In this document: one piece after another, positions 39,038 to 50,770 of the stretch
Position numbering within the stretch: position 1 is the first letter of the stretch
Layout of the letters: every line of letters begins with the position of its first letter
Source of the DNA: Massalongia carnosa
Lineage: Eukaryota
Direction: 5' to 3'
DNA: 64,000 nucleotides
NCBI GenBank assembly: GCA_965645245.1
Contig: OZ287088.1
Span: 806,001-870,000 of the forward strand
Made by a program: the position numbers and the translations under genes
The notes under the pieces: generated by a model
The model's input: the letters and a program-made list of their open reading frames with translations, nothing else
Told to the model about the DNA's origin: nothing
The model's database searches: none

Positions 39038-40216
39038 ATAATGCAAAATTAAAACAAGAAAAGATAATTCATGATCAACAACGTTGATGTTTTCGATTAT
39101 GATAAAAGATTTACATTTTTTAGAATTAATAGAATAAACTCTTTAATATCTAATGAAATTTGAATTTTATTATTCTTTATATATCGAATTCGAAACTCTG
39201 CTTCATCAAAATTTTTAATTTCTTGTGAACGAGTTATTATCAATTCTATAAGAATTCGCTAATATCGAGCAAATCATGATTTCTCATACAACTTTTGAGT
39301 CGCAGTATATCGAACAATTATCAACGATTCAATTTTGATTTTATGCAAATCATTGTCTTTTTATTACTATTTAAATCCAGACAAACTTGAATCATTAAAC
39401 TTTACATTTTTAACTCGTTTCGGAATCTTAATGACAATAAAAATCACTTTAGAAGTAAATTGAATATTGTACGCAATTAGAAATCAAATAAATTCTCGAA
39501 GAATTCTGATTTGATTTTTGTTGAAATAGTATATGTTGAAATAGGTATATTACTATGGCTATATGGCTATGTAATAATAACGGTATGTATGACCGTGATG
39601 TTAAGGATAAAGTGTTGCTAGGCAGCAATCTTTTCCTATTACTGGTTACCCCCTTCTAAGCGAGGTGATCTTATCTTATCTTAGGACTAAGCCTAATGCG
39701 GCATCTACGGTTTCCGTAGATAATCTGTCCATCTAGGGCAGCCGTAGGTGCTATGTTTATTGTACTGATAGGTGTTTATTGTGCTAGTAGGAATTGGATA
39801 TTCAACAGTTTTTGTTCAATATTTTGTTCTGTTCTTTAATTTTCTTTAACGACGTTTTTTCAAGTTGAATTGAATTGTAAAAAATGATATCGACGAGAGT
39901 AAAGATTCGAACAACACAATCGATGTTTTTCTTGAGATTTTTTCTTAAAAACTACTTAGCATTTTGAACGCGCGTTGCAAAAGAATTATTTATTTTAATA
40001 AGATTCTTATTAACGATTGTAGATTGCGATCGAGAAGTGTCACAAAAAGCTGCAAAATAAGTGATAAAATGAGTGAATTTGGGACAAATCCTGAAATTGA
40101 AACTACGCTTGCCTACGCAGACCGCTTTCCCCAACTAGAGGTGGTACACCTCGTATTGAGGCAGCTAAGAGAGGTCGACGATTATCTATTTATTAACATG
40201 ATTACTCGTCGAGAAC

Positions 40217-41083
40217 CTAACCTTTGTCCGCCGCGATTTCGAAGATTTCCTAAACCTATCAACATGAATTCATCCAGACACAAATAGGACAAGCAGCGTA
40301 CTTCGACTCTACTCTTAAGATATACATAAATATCATCCAGCGGTCCCTCGCAATCTACCTAATAACTGTAAGTAACCGACATCTAGAAACCGGGACTCAT
40401 GAAAATACATCAACAACCTTATCGCCAAACAAGCGAACAATGCTCGGAATGTCTTCGAGATGAGCCTTGTATCTCCTACGAAAGACGTCCGGGTTGTCGT
40501 CCACTCTCCCGGATGTTTTTGCTCTCATCAACATGCGCGCGAGCATGACGTTTTCCGAGCAGTGGAAATGCAGAACCGCCCGGATCTTCCACCCCTACCA
40601 CCAGAATCAGCGTTGCAGAACGCCGCGAAACCTGACCTTTACAGGTGCGCGCGCACTTACATGACGTTCAAAGTACTGCGCCTGCTCCAAGCTCCTGGGA
40701 AAGCCGTCGATGAGGAACTTCGATTGCCCGTTCTGTAGATGCCGGATAAGGCAGCGCTGCAGCACGTCGTGAACGCGAGTATGGGGGACCAGAGACCCGT
40801 TGCGCATGATTGCGTGGATGTCGATTCCTTCTTGTCCATCGGGTGGGTTTTCGGCTTCGGCTCGAAGGAGATCGCCCACTGATACGTGCACCAATCTTAA
40901 ATCTCTGGCCAGTCGCGCACATTGAGTTCCTTTCCCGACCCCTGGGCCGCCTGCGTGGTGCGGCTGTTAATCCTTGAGGTTTCGATATGAGCAAGCGCTT
41001 GCGCTCTCCGAGGGGAGCTTACCGATGACGTAGACGATAGTAATTTTGTTAAAGTCTATGGATTGATCTGTGGATGTATTCAT
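40217..41083 (-). CDS. UMP-CMP kinase (adenylate kinase family, URA6/CMPK1-like), about 208 aa, 5 predicted exons
   Basis: Exons 41083-41023, 40950-40661, 40594-40409, 40358-40302, 40249-40217 join in frame without stops: P-loop VIGGPGVGKGTQC, HVSVGDLLRAE, FLIDGFPR, short LID KTSGRVDDN. The last exon is the least certain. Confidence 0.9.
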
Positions 41084-41519
41084 CTTGGATCTTGCAGCAG
41101 TATTTCTGAACTATATGACACGCTACATATCGTGAGGCTATTGATGTTCTTTTCTTCTATGTGAAGTAGCCAATATTAGACTGCAGGGACTGTACTCTGT
41201 GAGCAAACGGACTTTTCAACTCTGCCTAGTTCTATGCAGAAGCATGGGCAGCCGCATTAGTCGCCTCTACCTTCTCCGCACTAGATAAGCAGAATCAGTA
41301 CTGATAGTAATCCCATTCGCCTCTGCCACTTCATGGAAAGCAGTACTTCGTATATGATGCTGTCTGTGGCCCCCCACTTTTGCTTAGTTGGCCTCGCTTA
41401 CCGACCGAACAAAGTGCGGGCTAAGTATACAGGATTCTTTCTGTTATTCACAGCATCCAGCAGTCGAACCGCATTGAACGGCTTTCGTTCATATCGAGCA
41501 TTCAGCCTTCATCGTCGAA
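41084..41519. promoter_or_regulatory. Putative bidirectional promoter region between kinase and viperin
   Basis: 436 bp between two divergent ATGs with no recognisable TE; inferred from geometry only. Confidence 0.6.
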
Positions 41520-42583
41520 ATGATTCGATTGGACATGTTCCACGCATTTAACATTCATTACATTTGTTTCTTTGCTGGACTACTGGGGTTGCTTGTTGTA
41601 GTCCGCCTGCATGACCGTTTCAGAGCCACTCCCAAGAAAATCCCCATTTCCGTGAATTATTTCATCACGCGAGTGTGCAATTACTCCTGCGGTATGGCGA
41701 TTGCGAGCTTCTTCCATCACACGCGCGATGAGTCACGGCTGACTTGGCGGCAGGATTCTGCTTTCACACGGCCAAGACATCGCACATTGAAACCCTGCCC
41801 AACGCCAAAAAAGGCATGGCGCTCCTTAAAGCGGCGGGCATGAAGAAGATCAATTTTGCGGGCGGCGAGCCCTTTATGAACGCTGAGTTCCTCGGCCAGC
41901 TCGTCCAGTACTGCAAAGAAACCCTGCGACTCGAATCCGTGTCCGTGGTCACCAACGGCAGCAAGGTGACCCGCAGATGGCTGGCCAAGTACGGCAAGTA
42001 CCTCGATATCATGGCCGTCTCGTGCGACTCCTTCGATGACGAGACCAACATCAAGATCGGGCGAGGCACCGGCAACCACCTGAAAACGTTCATGGACTTG
42101 TGCGAAATGTGCAAGGAGCACAGCGTCATGCTCAAAGTCAACACCGTCGTCAACCGGTACAATTTCCAAGAAGACATGAACGCGGCCATCGAACGGATCC
42201 AGCCGTTCCGCTGGAAGGTCTTCCAGGTGCTCATCGTGCCCGAGGAAAACGGCACCGAGTACACGCTCCGCGACGCGCGGCGCTTCCTCATCACCGACGA
42301 GGAATGGCGCCTGTTTTGCGACAAACACCAACATCAGAAATGCTTCGTCCCCGAAGGCAACGATGTCATGGCCAGCTCGTACTTGCTGCTGGACGAGAAC
42401 TTGTGTTTTCTCAACAAGGGCGTCGCCGAGCCGACGAGGAGTATCTTGGAAGTGGGTGTCGTCGAGGCGCTGAAGAATGTGTACTGGGATGAGGAGGGGT
42501 TTCACAAGAGAGGTGGCGTGTACGACTGGTCCAAGAAGGATGAAGCGGAACAACATTCCACTTCTCCGGAGCTTGAGTGGTAG
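41520..42583 (+). CDS. RSAD2: Viperin (RSAD2-like radical SAM ddhNTP synthase), 333 aa, 2 exons
   Basis: Exons 41520-41691 and 41754-42583; the intron (GTATGG...GCTGAC...CAG) splits the motif. Spliced: [78 protein letters not shown]. Hydrophobic N-terminal segment. Confidence 0.96.
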
Positions 42584-43001
42584 ACCATGCTGTGCCAGAT
42601 ACAATGTACGAGCAGTGAGCAGGCTTTTTTCTCACTGCGAGGAGAAATCATCTACCGTCTAACAATTTCAAGTGACACACAGAAATGATGATTGTTTGTC
42701 AAGCTTGACGAAATTGTTTTAAGTTTCGAGGCGAAGTTTTTTGTTTTGTTTTTTTTTGAAGAGGAGGGAGTATATTTATGAATCATCAAAAAACAGATCG
42801 AGTCGAGCGGAAAATTAGTCAACAGTTCGATTTGAAATCGTATCTATTGAATAAATTGTAAGTTGAAAACAGAACTTTTTATAATCGTTATCGTCATTTA
42901 TCTTTATTTGATTTTTCTTGTTCTGAAGAAAAGAAAAAGAATAATCTCATTCTTCGAATTCTATTTTACATAAACAAAAACATACATATCAAAATCTTTT
43001 C

Positions 43002-43172
43002 TGCATCGGTTCGACCAGGCGTGGTCCGGACGATACGGTCTACTGTGAACATAACGCGAACTACTATCTATAGTAGAATAGAGTTTAATCTGCGAACTAA
43101 GTATTGTGCCTTTGGGTCGGGAGGCCAGGTAGCGCAATAATAAAAATCTATTCACTATCTCGCTTCGTCACA
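43002..43172 (-). mobile_element. Solo LTR, 170-bp family (diverged inverted copy)
   Basis: Reverse complement of 22007-22176. Confidence 0.8.
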
Positions 43173-43176
43173 TTTC

Positions 43177-45790
43177 CTATTTTAGAACCACATGTTCGAT
43201 TCCGTTCTCAATTAACAGCTCTTGTGCTCCAAATTTTATGCCGCTTATGTCTCCAAATCGGGCGGCAACGTGAACAGAGGACCCCCCAGGCCCGTCACTA
43301 GCTGGATCCGCGACTAGAGCAGAATCCCCATTTTTTGAAAGCAACAAAGCCACGTTTCGCGTTTTGTCCTGCCAAGCAGCCATGGATAAAGCAGTTTCTT
43401 TAAATCAGTAATGCCATCGACGTCTTTTGCAAAGTCCTCATCGAGCAAGTATTTGAGCGCGGAGTCATCTTCAAGAACGGCTGCGAGGTGGAGCACGGTG
43501 ATTCTTTCTCGGCGCTCTCCCACGATCATTGTGTTTGCTTTGGCGTTCCAGTCTATACCTTTGTCTCTCAGGGCATATAAGACATTTTGGTGGCCAGAGG
43601 TACGTGCGTAATGTGGCATAGTGCGGCCATCATGATCTTATAACCTTTGCGTCACTTCCGTGAGAAAGTAGTGATTCGACCATATCGATGCTCCCAACGA
43701 GAGCGGCAAACATTAATGCTGTCTCGCCACGAAGAGAGAGGCCATTTTGATCGAGTCCAGCCTCTAGTAGATCTAATAGAGCTTCATAGTTCTTCTCGCT
43801 GCCTTGCCGGCAAGCCTCTGGTACAAGGTCGGCGCCCAATGCTTTATCCGATAAAGCATTCGACCTTTCCAGCAGTTTTCTGAGAAGTGTACGGCTGCAG
43901 CCAATCTGGCAAGTACCTCGGATTGGAGAGTTGTTGCTCTCATCAATGATCTTGTCAACATCCGGAGAATGATCGAGCAGCTTATACACTAGCTGATCGT
44001 TCGAGACTTTGACCGCCGATAGGAGTAGGCCTGGTTCGGCACAGATCTCGTGCAGAGGCCCTCGAGAAGGAATGTGCTCCAAGGCGGCCAGCACCATCTT
44101 GGATGACATAATGCTAGAACTAACAGGTAGCTGTTGAAAACATTTCTTTTGAGCACTCGCTTTGCCATACGGCCAACAGAGCTTCTAAAGCTGTTTGCCC
44201 TGTATTTGACCTGCTCATAAGGTCCGCACCATTTTCGAGCAAAGTTTTCAACCCGGTCAAGAGCAATGTTGAATGTTGAGATGGTTGAAGCTGGCATATC
44301 ACGTTCAGAGTCTGCTTAAGGTCCTCTTGCTTGCCTCGAAATGAATCTGGTAGGCTAGCAAGTCTTCGAAAAGCTTTCTCTCTTACCAAGTCGTTTGCGC
44401 TGTTGATCCCATCACCCATGAGAAGGAGCATTGACGTAATTCCATCCTTACAACCCATGAAAGGATTCACTCCATCATCAAGTAGGACTTCAATGGTCAT
44501 GTCAAGACCTGCACTATTACCATGACTGCATAATGAATTGTGCTTGAGCCATCATGCGTCTTTGCGCTAGGATCTAAACCTTGAGAAACCAGAAGCCGAA
44601 CCACTTTCGACGATCCGGCCTTTACGCCATGATGTAACTAGTGCAGTGCATCCATCAAGATCTAAGTCGTAAGCGCTACAACCAACATCAAGCAAAAGCG
44701 ATACGACTTCTGCGAAACCACTTTGCGAAGCGCAGAAGATCAAGAATCTTTCTTTGCTCCCTTTAAGCTCGTTAAGCGATTTTATCGATGTGACGTCGCT
44801 GAGTAAAATATTCAGGGTTTCTACATTACTTTCCAGTGCGGCCAAATGCCATACCGTCAGGTTTTCATTATCGGTAACGTCTAGACCTTGTTTCAAGAAG
44901 TACGAGAGACAACGAGATTGTTCCCCCTTGACACAATAGTGAAGCGCAGTTTTCCCAAAGCAGCCAACTTTGCTATTACTTGCTCTACGCTCTAATAGAA
45001 CGTGGGCAACTTCCAATTGATCTTTCATCGATGCATAATAAAGTGCAGTTAAGAGTGTGTTTTCTTGTGCTGCGTCTGCATCAACGCCATGATCATCTAG
45101 TAATCGTAAAACTGCCTTGACCTGACAATACTCTGCGGCAGTACGTAAGGAAGCTTCGCTGTGTCTATTCCGATCATGCTTATCTTCATCTGAGCGAGCG
45201 CTCAGTAAAAATAGCCTGATGACACCCGAATTTTGCGTTTTTAGAGCATATTGCAGAGCTTGAGCACGAGTCCCTTCTCCCAGGGAAGAATTTTTGACAT
45301 GTTCCGAGGTATTTTGAAGATTGTCCCAGGCTTCATTATTTCCGGCGCGCTCAATAAGTAGGTTCACGATTCGATCATCGACTATAGCGCCCTTCTGAAG
45401 AAGTCGCCGCGTTGTTACTAGGTCTTTGTCATATACGGGCAAGAAAGAGGGGAGATAATTCACCAGAAGTGCTATGATAATTGGTGTTCGGATCAGCACC
45501 AGCATTTAATAAAAGATCGATAGTTTCCAATTCTCTGCCAGTCTTATCATATATGTCGTTTTCTAGGCTGCTGTAAAAAGGCCAATGGAAAGTTCTATAC
45601 GATCGTTGAGCACAATGGAGTGCGGTGCCGAAAGCAGACCTTCAATTGACGTCACATCCGTTCTCAATGAGTCATTTGCACAAGTGGAGAGACTAAACAT
45701 AGCAGCATAATGTAGCGGGATCGCTTCTTTAATTACAATTGATGGTGACAAGGATGTCTTCATTTGAATAGTCATAAAAGGCTGCCATTC
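43177..45790 (-). pseudogene. Ankyrin-repeat protein remnant (probably the C-terminus of a NACHT-ANK gene)
   Basis: PLHYAA, LTALYYAS, KTALHYCV, LTVWHLAA, GETALMFAA, TVLHLAA, SSVHVAARFG spread over several frames with stops. Confidence 0.85.
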
Positions 45791-48700
45791 GGTGAAAAAA
45801 CCATTTTGAAAAGCCAAATACCCCGAAATCCCACCTTCATATCTGCGCACTTCACATAACGTTCCGGTGGTTGGATTCCAAAGTTCAATCCTTGCAGCTA
45901 GCGATCCAGCGGCCAGAAGGCGATCGTTTGGCGAAAAGGCTACTGTATTAATAAATATCGAGTGACGCTCAAGTACGCGGCATAACCCCCCCCCCCGTGA
46001 TTGAATTCCAGATTTTGACAATACGGTCATTGGATCCGGAGGCAAGAAATCGACTGTCTGATGAAAATGTCACCGCGTTGCCTGTATCGTTAACATCATG
46101 ACCTTGGATCGACAAAGTCCTGACTCCGGTGACTGGATTCCAGACTTCAATCTTACCTCCCAGTGATCCAGAGGCAAGGAGGCGGCCGTCTGGTGAAAAC
46201 GCCAATACATTGATATTATGTAGGGGCTCAGAATTTGTTCGCAAGGATTTTGTGGCAGGATTCCAGAGCCTAACGATACCATCGTTCGCTCCAGAGGCAA
46301 GAAGACGGCCGTTAGGTGAAAAGCTCAATGTTTCAATTGAACCTGTATGACCTTCAAGCAATCCAATCAACACTCTTCTAATTGGATCCCACAATCTGAT
46401 AATACTATCACTCGATCCGGAAGCAAGAAGACAGCTGTCTGATGAAAATTCTATCACCGAAAATCCGATTAAACGACTCCTGTAACAATTGCTGTCGCCG
46501 AGCCTTCCACACCACGCCCCTGTAGCTGGATCCCATAGATCAAGACCCATAGATCAAGACTCTGACATCCTATCGAGGCAAGCAAACTACTGTCGGGGGA
46601 AAACTTGATACTCCAAATAAAGCCATCAATAACTTTATTCCCCTCACGCCCCGCCCCTGTAACTACTTCCCAAAGCCAAACTCTACCATCGAAACACCCT
46701 GAGGCAATAGAGCGGCCGTTTGGTGAAAAAGCAATGGACATCACAAGATTCTCATGACCTTCAAGCACTTTAAGCATTTGTCCTCTAGTTGGATCCCACA
46801 GTCTCACGGTGTGATCATCGGATCCTGAGGCAAGCAGGGAGCCGTCTGGTGAAAAAGCAATGACCTTCACCTTATCCTTATGGCCTTCAAGAACTTTAAG
46901 CAACTGTCCTCTAGCTGGATCCCAGAGTCTCACGGTGTGATCAGATGATCCTGAGGCAAGCAGCCAGCCATCTGGTGAGAAGGAAACCATAAAAATCGTA
47001 TCTGAATGACCCCCAAGGATTTGAAGCACTGCTCCTGTAGCGGAATGCCAGAGTCTCACAGTGTGATCATTCGACCCGGAGGCAAGAAGGCGGTTGAGTG
47101 GGGAAAATGCTATCGTCTGAATACTACTCGAATGACCTCTAAGAACTTCAAGTGTTGCTCCTATAGCTGAATCCCAGAGGCTGATAGTATAGCCATGTGA
47201 TGCAGAGGCAAGAAGACGGCTGTCTGGAGAAAAAGCAATTTGAGGAATGCCCGATGTACGGCCCTCAAGAATCTGTAAAGAGAGATTCCAATCTTGATCA
47301 AGTACTGATACGGCTTTTATCCATTTCGGTGATTGAATCACAAACTGGTTTCTTACTGTGCTATTTTCAGGACTGAATACAATGGCGGAGTAGTAAATCA
47401 GGAGAGGTGCTATTTCGATAACTGATCTATTGATAGAAATGAACCTATTGGCGTCGTTAATCATAGCAAAAAGATGAACTCATTTCTCCCGATGTGTCTT
47501 AACTAAATCATGAGGCCCATAGGACACTATTATAGAAGCTAGTTTCCTAATCGCAATAACCCCAGCTGTTATACTCCCTATTAAACTCAGAGCTTCAAGC
47601 CAGTTAAGAAAGTGCTTCTGAAGGAATCCACAAATGTTGTCATCGTCACAGAAGTCGACATAGCCTCGCTCAAGATGGTCAACCCACAAGCGGCATGCGT
47701 ATAGAAAATGTGGAGGGAAGTTTTTCTCCAACCTAATTTTCTCTACCTCGTTCGCAAGAAAGCCTGGTACTTTCAGGTTGCACATGTTGCGTTTAAGATG
47801 ACTTGACATTAGCTGCAGGCATCTTTTANNNNNNNNNNNNNNNNNNNNNNNNNNNNNNNNNNNNNNNNNNNNNNNNNNNNNNNNNNNNNNNNNNNNNNNN
47901 NNNNNNNNNNNNNNNNNNNNNNNNNNNNNNNNNNNNNNNNNNNNNNNNNNNNNNNNNNNNNNNNNNNNNNNNNNNNNNNNNNNNNNNNNNNNNNNNNNNN
48001 NNNNNNNNNNNNNNNNNNNNNNNNNNNNCTGAATCGATCTCTTTTCCACATCAAGCATCTTGGAAAGAGCAGCTGGTAAAGGGTTCAAATACGACGGCAA
48101 TCGGTCCAACAACCTTTTTGAATCGTTGAATTAGTTCCTCTTTGTCTCGACCATTATGTCCTCCAACAACCGAATAGCTCAAGATACCTTTGTACATATG
48201 TTCAAGCTTATCAGGATTTCGTTTCTAAGAAGATGACGGAGAACCTCCATCGATCAAGAGCAGGAGGGGGAGTCGTTTCATCGGGTCAAACCTCTTATCG
48301 CCTATAAAAAGGCATGCTGTCGCAGCATAGATAAACAACCCCTCAGCTCTCTGAACGAGAAGATCGATCTTCTCCACACCAGGCCAGGCATCAGGTAGCT
48401 CAAACTCACGCGTCTTCCGAATTTTTTGTAGTTCATACTTAATGAATATCTCAATATCGATAGACTTTAGGTCAGGCAAGAGGACGAATATTCTCGCGGC
48501 CTCAACATTGCCGGACACCTCTAGCCTACTAGTGATAAATACTCGTAGCCTAATCCCCTTCAGAGGTTTTGTCTCACTCAAAGTTTTTAGAATCAATCCA
48601 ATATCATTTGCGCTCTCGCACTCGTCCACAGCATCAATCACAAAGATTAAGCTTTGCGGTTGAAATGCTTCACTATCACCCAGGCGATCCAGAGGACCCA

Positions 48701-50400
48701 GAATAAGATGCTTCCACTGCTCGCGGAATCTTTGTTGAAGAATACGAGAGTTATTGGCTGCTATGGCTCTGCTGATGTCACGTTTGAGGCTAGGTACCGT
48801 GGTTGCTAGCTCACGGGCGAAAGTGGTAATGAGTTTATTGGCATGGTGAAGATCGACCTGATTCCTGGAAAACAAGAAACTCGCCCCCAGTAGTTTCTCC
48901 TTACTAAAAGAGTGGCCAACAGTGCGAGAAACGGTGGATTTTCTGGTTCCAGCCATCCCCTTCAGCCAATAAATTGTTTCACCATTAGGATCGTTGCTCC
49001 ACTCCATGATCTGGCGGAGGAGATCCACTCGAGTGTTTGCTAGGCATTGAGGAGCAGGCTGTCAAAGTATGGAATCGAGAGCAGCACCCTCAGCATACGG
49101 TAGCTGGGCCATGTATGGGTCTATGGTAAGTGATATTCGGCGGTGGGAGGTACCGACAATGTCTTTAATCTCACTTCGTACACGGACAAAGTTTGGATGA
49201 TCGGGACCGACAAACTTGTTAAGATGGAAATGATCAGAGGCGAGGCCGTACCTAGGTGGTCTATCTAAAAGCAAGCTGAGCACTCGTCTACCATTAATTC
49301 CTTGTGTATATAGTCATAGTAAGTTCGTTACGCGAGTCGCCGTCAGGGGATTACACACCCGGTAAGATAGCCAGCGTAGAAACCATGGTCTATGGTCTGA
49401 TCACCGCAGTAATATCTGTGGAATGTTGCTCGAAGAAACAACAGAGCGAAATGCCACTGTCTTCAACAACACGCTTGAACTCGGGCACCATATCTTCTAT
49501 TATATCCGATCCCTCCTGTACCACGGCTAGAAGCCTACTTTTGTGCCTAACACCCGCCATCGCCGCAATCATTGCAATTATCTCCGCTTTGTGTTGCGAG
49601 TGAGAGCCGCGATGGGGTGTTCCAAGAAAGATAACTCCAGCGGTATAATTCTTAAGATCGGGAGATAAAAGCAGAGCCTTGAGAAAGGCAAAGTCAATAT
49701 ATATCACGTTAAAGCTCTCTCGTGAGGAATGCGTACCTTTTCGATAACGAGACCTCCAAAGCAGTGCCCTATGAATACCACTGGTCGTTCCGGATAATGC
49801 TAAAAGGAGCTATGGTAAATACCAATCAAAGGAAACCTACCCTACGAACGGACCTTTCTTCTCTCAGCAAGCTGGGACAGAAGCTGCTCTCCAATTAACG
49901 AGAGTCTTTGCTTGACAAAATTACCCCCAAGCCATTTAGATTCGTATGCGAATCGCGTTATTCGAGTATTTGGAACCGCTTGAGGAAGCATGTCTAAGTC
50001 TTTAAGCCAATTGACTTGGATGGGTGGGTTCCCGGGTAGCTTGGCGACCCATGTCCAATCCGGATCAGCTGCGATACCATGCACCGCAACAATGCTGATT
50101 AATTCGTTAGCATGAGTCGGGGAAGAGCATTGTTATCGACGATTGCTTTTACATTAAGTGCGGATCGTTCATATTGAACATCGGCCATGGACCCACAGGT
50201 TACTCAGGTTGCAAGAAGGGTGGAGGACTTACTCGGCTTCCACGTCTTGTCCTTCATAAAGCGTGAGGAGACCGATTTTACTTTCGGGCTGCGAAGCCCA
50301 GTTTTGCTATCGAGCTGCTTTCTTTGATATGCGCACCATACTCCAAATGCCGTAAGAGCCATGAGAGATGAAACCAGCCATTTTTGGATCTCCCTGTCGG
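45790..50400 (-). pseudogene. Fungal NLR: SesB-like alpha/beta hydrolase + NACHT + WD40, inactivated
   Basis: DIVAVHGI, VNWLKD..LP, RPVVFIGHCFGGLVIEK, IFLGTPHRGS; NACHT WLKGMAGTRKST and IFVIDAVDEC; HFLNWLEALSL; at least 10 WD40 repeats. Stop at 49062, 14-bp duplication at 46533-46560 and a C11 tract near 45990 break the frame. 5' end approximate. Confidence 0.9.
47829..48028. other. Assembly gap (200 N)
   Basis: Run of N inside the NLR gene. Confidence 1.
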
Positions 50401-50770
50401 CCAGGATCTCGCGAAAGACCGACTGCGAATCGTTGCTCTACTATTTGTCAGCCGGATCGTTGCTATCGACGTTGCGATCTCGCAGCTCACCAATGTAGCT
50501 GAGCTCATTATCTAGTGGATGTCTTGTAGAATGTGTCCAGCAGATGATAGGGATAGTGGAGCGTACCTATACGGTGACACTTGTAGCTTAGGACGACAAG
50601 ATGAGGGTTATGTTTTCGTTAGGCTCGATGCTCCAGCACGCGAGTGAGGCTGAGCGGGGTGGGCTAATACATACGTAGCAGCGTAGGGCATACAAGCTTC
50701 AGGAGAACGTTTGATTTCATATTTTTATTTTCTCATGCTTCTTCATGTGACGCTTAAACACCATCTGTGA

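Noticed and set aside
41520..42583. MoaA or generic radical SAM assignment
   Set aside because: Has the viperin-type [11 protein letters not shown] and KRGGxYxW motifs and lacks the second C-terminal Cys cluster of MoaA.
41717..42604. 295-aa and 186-aa ORFs antisense to viperin
   Set aside because: Expected shadows of a GC-rich coding sequence; no motifs.
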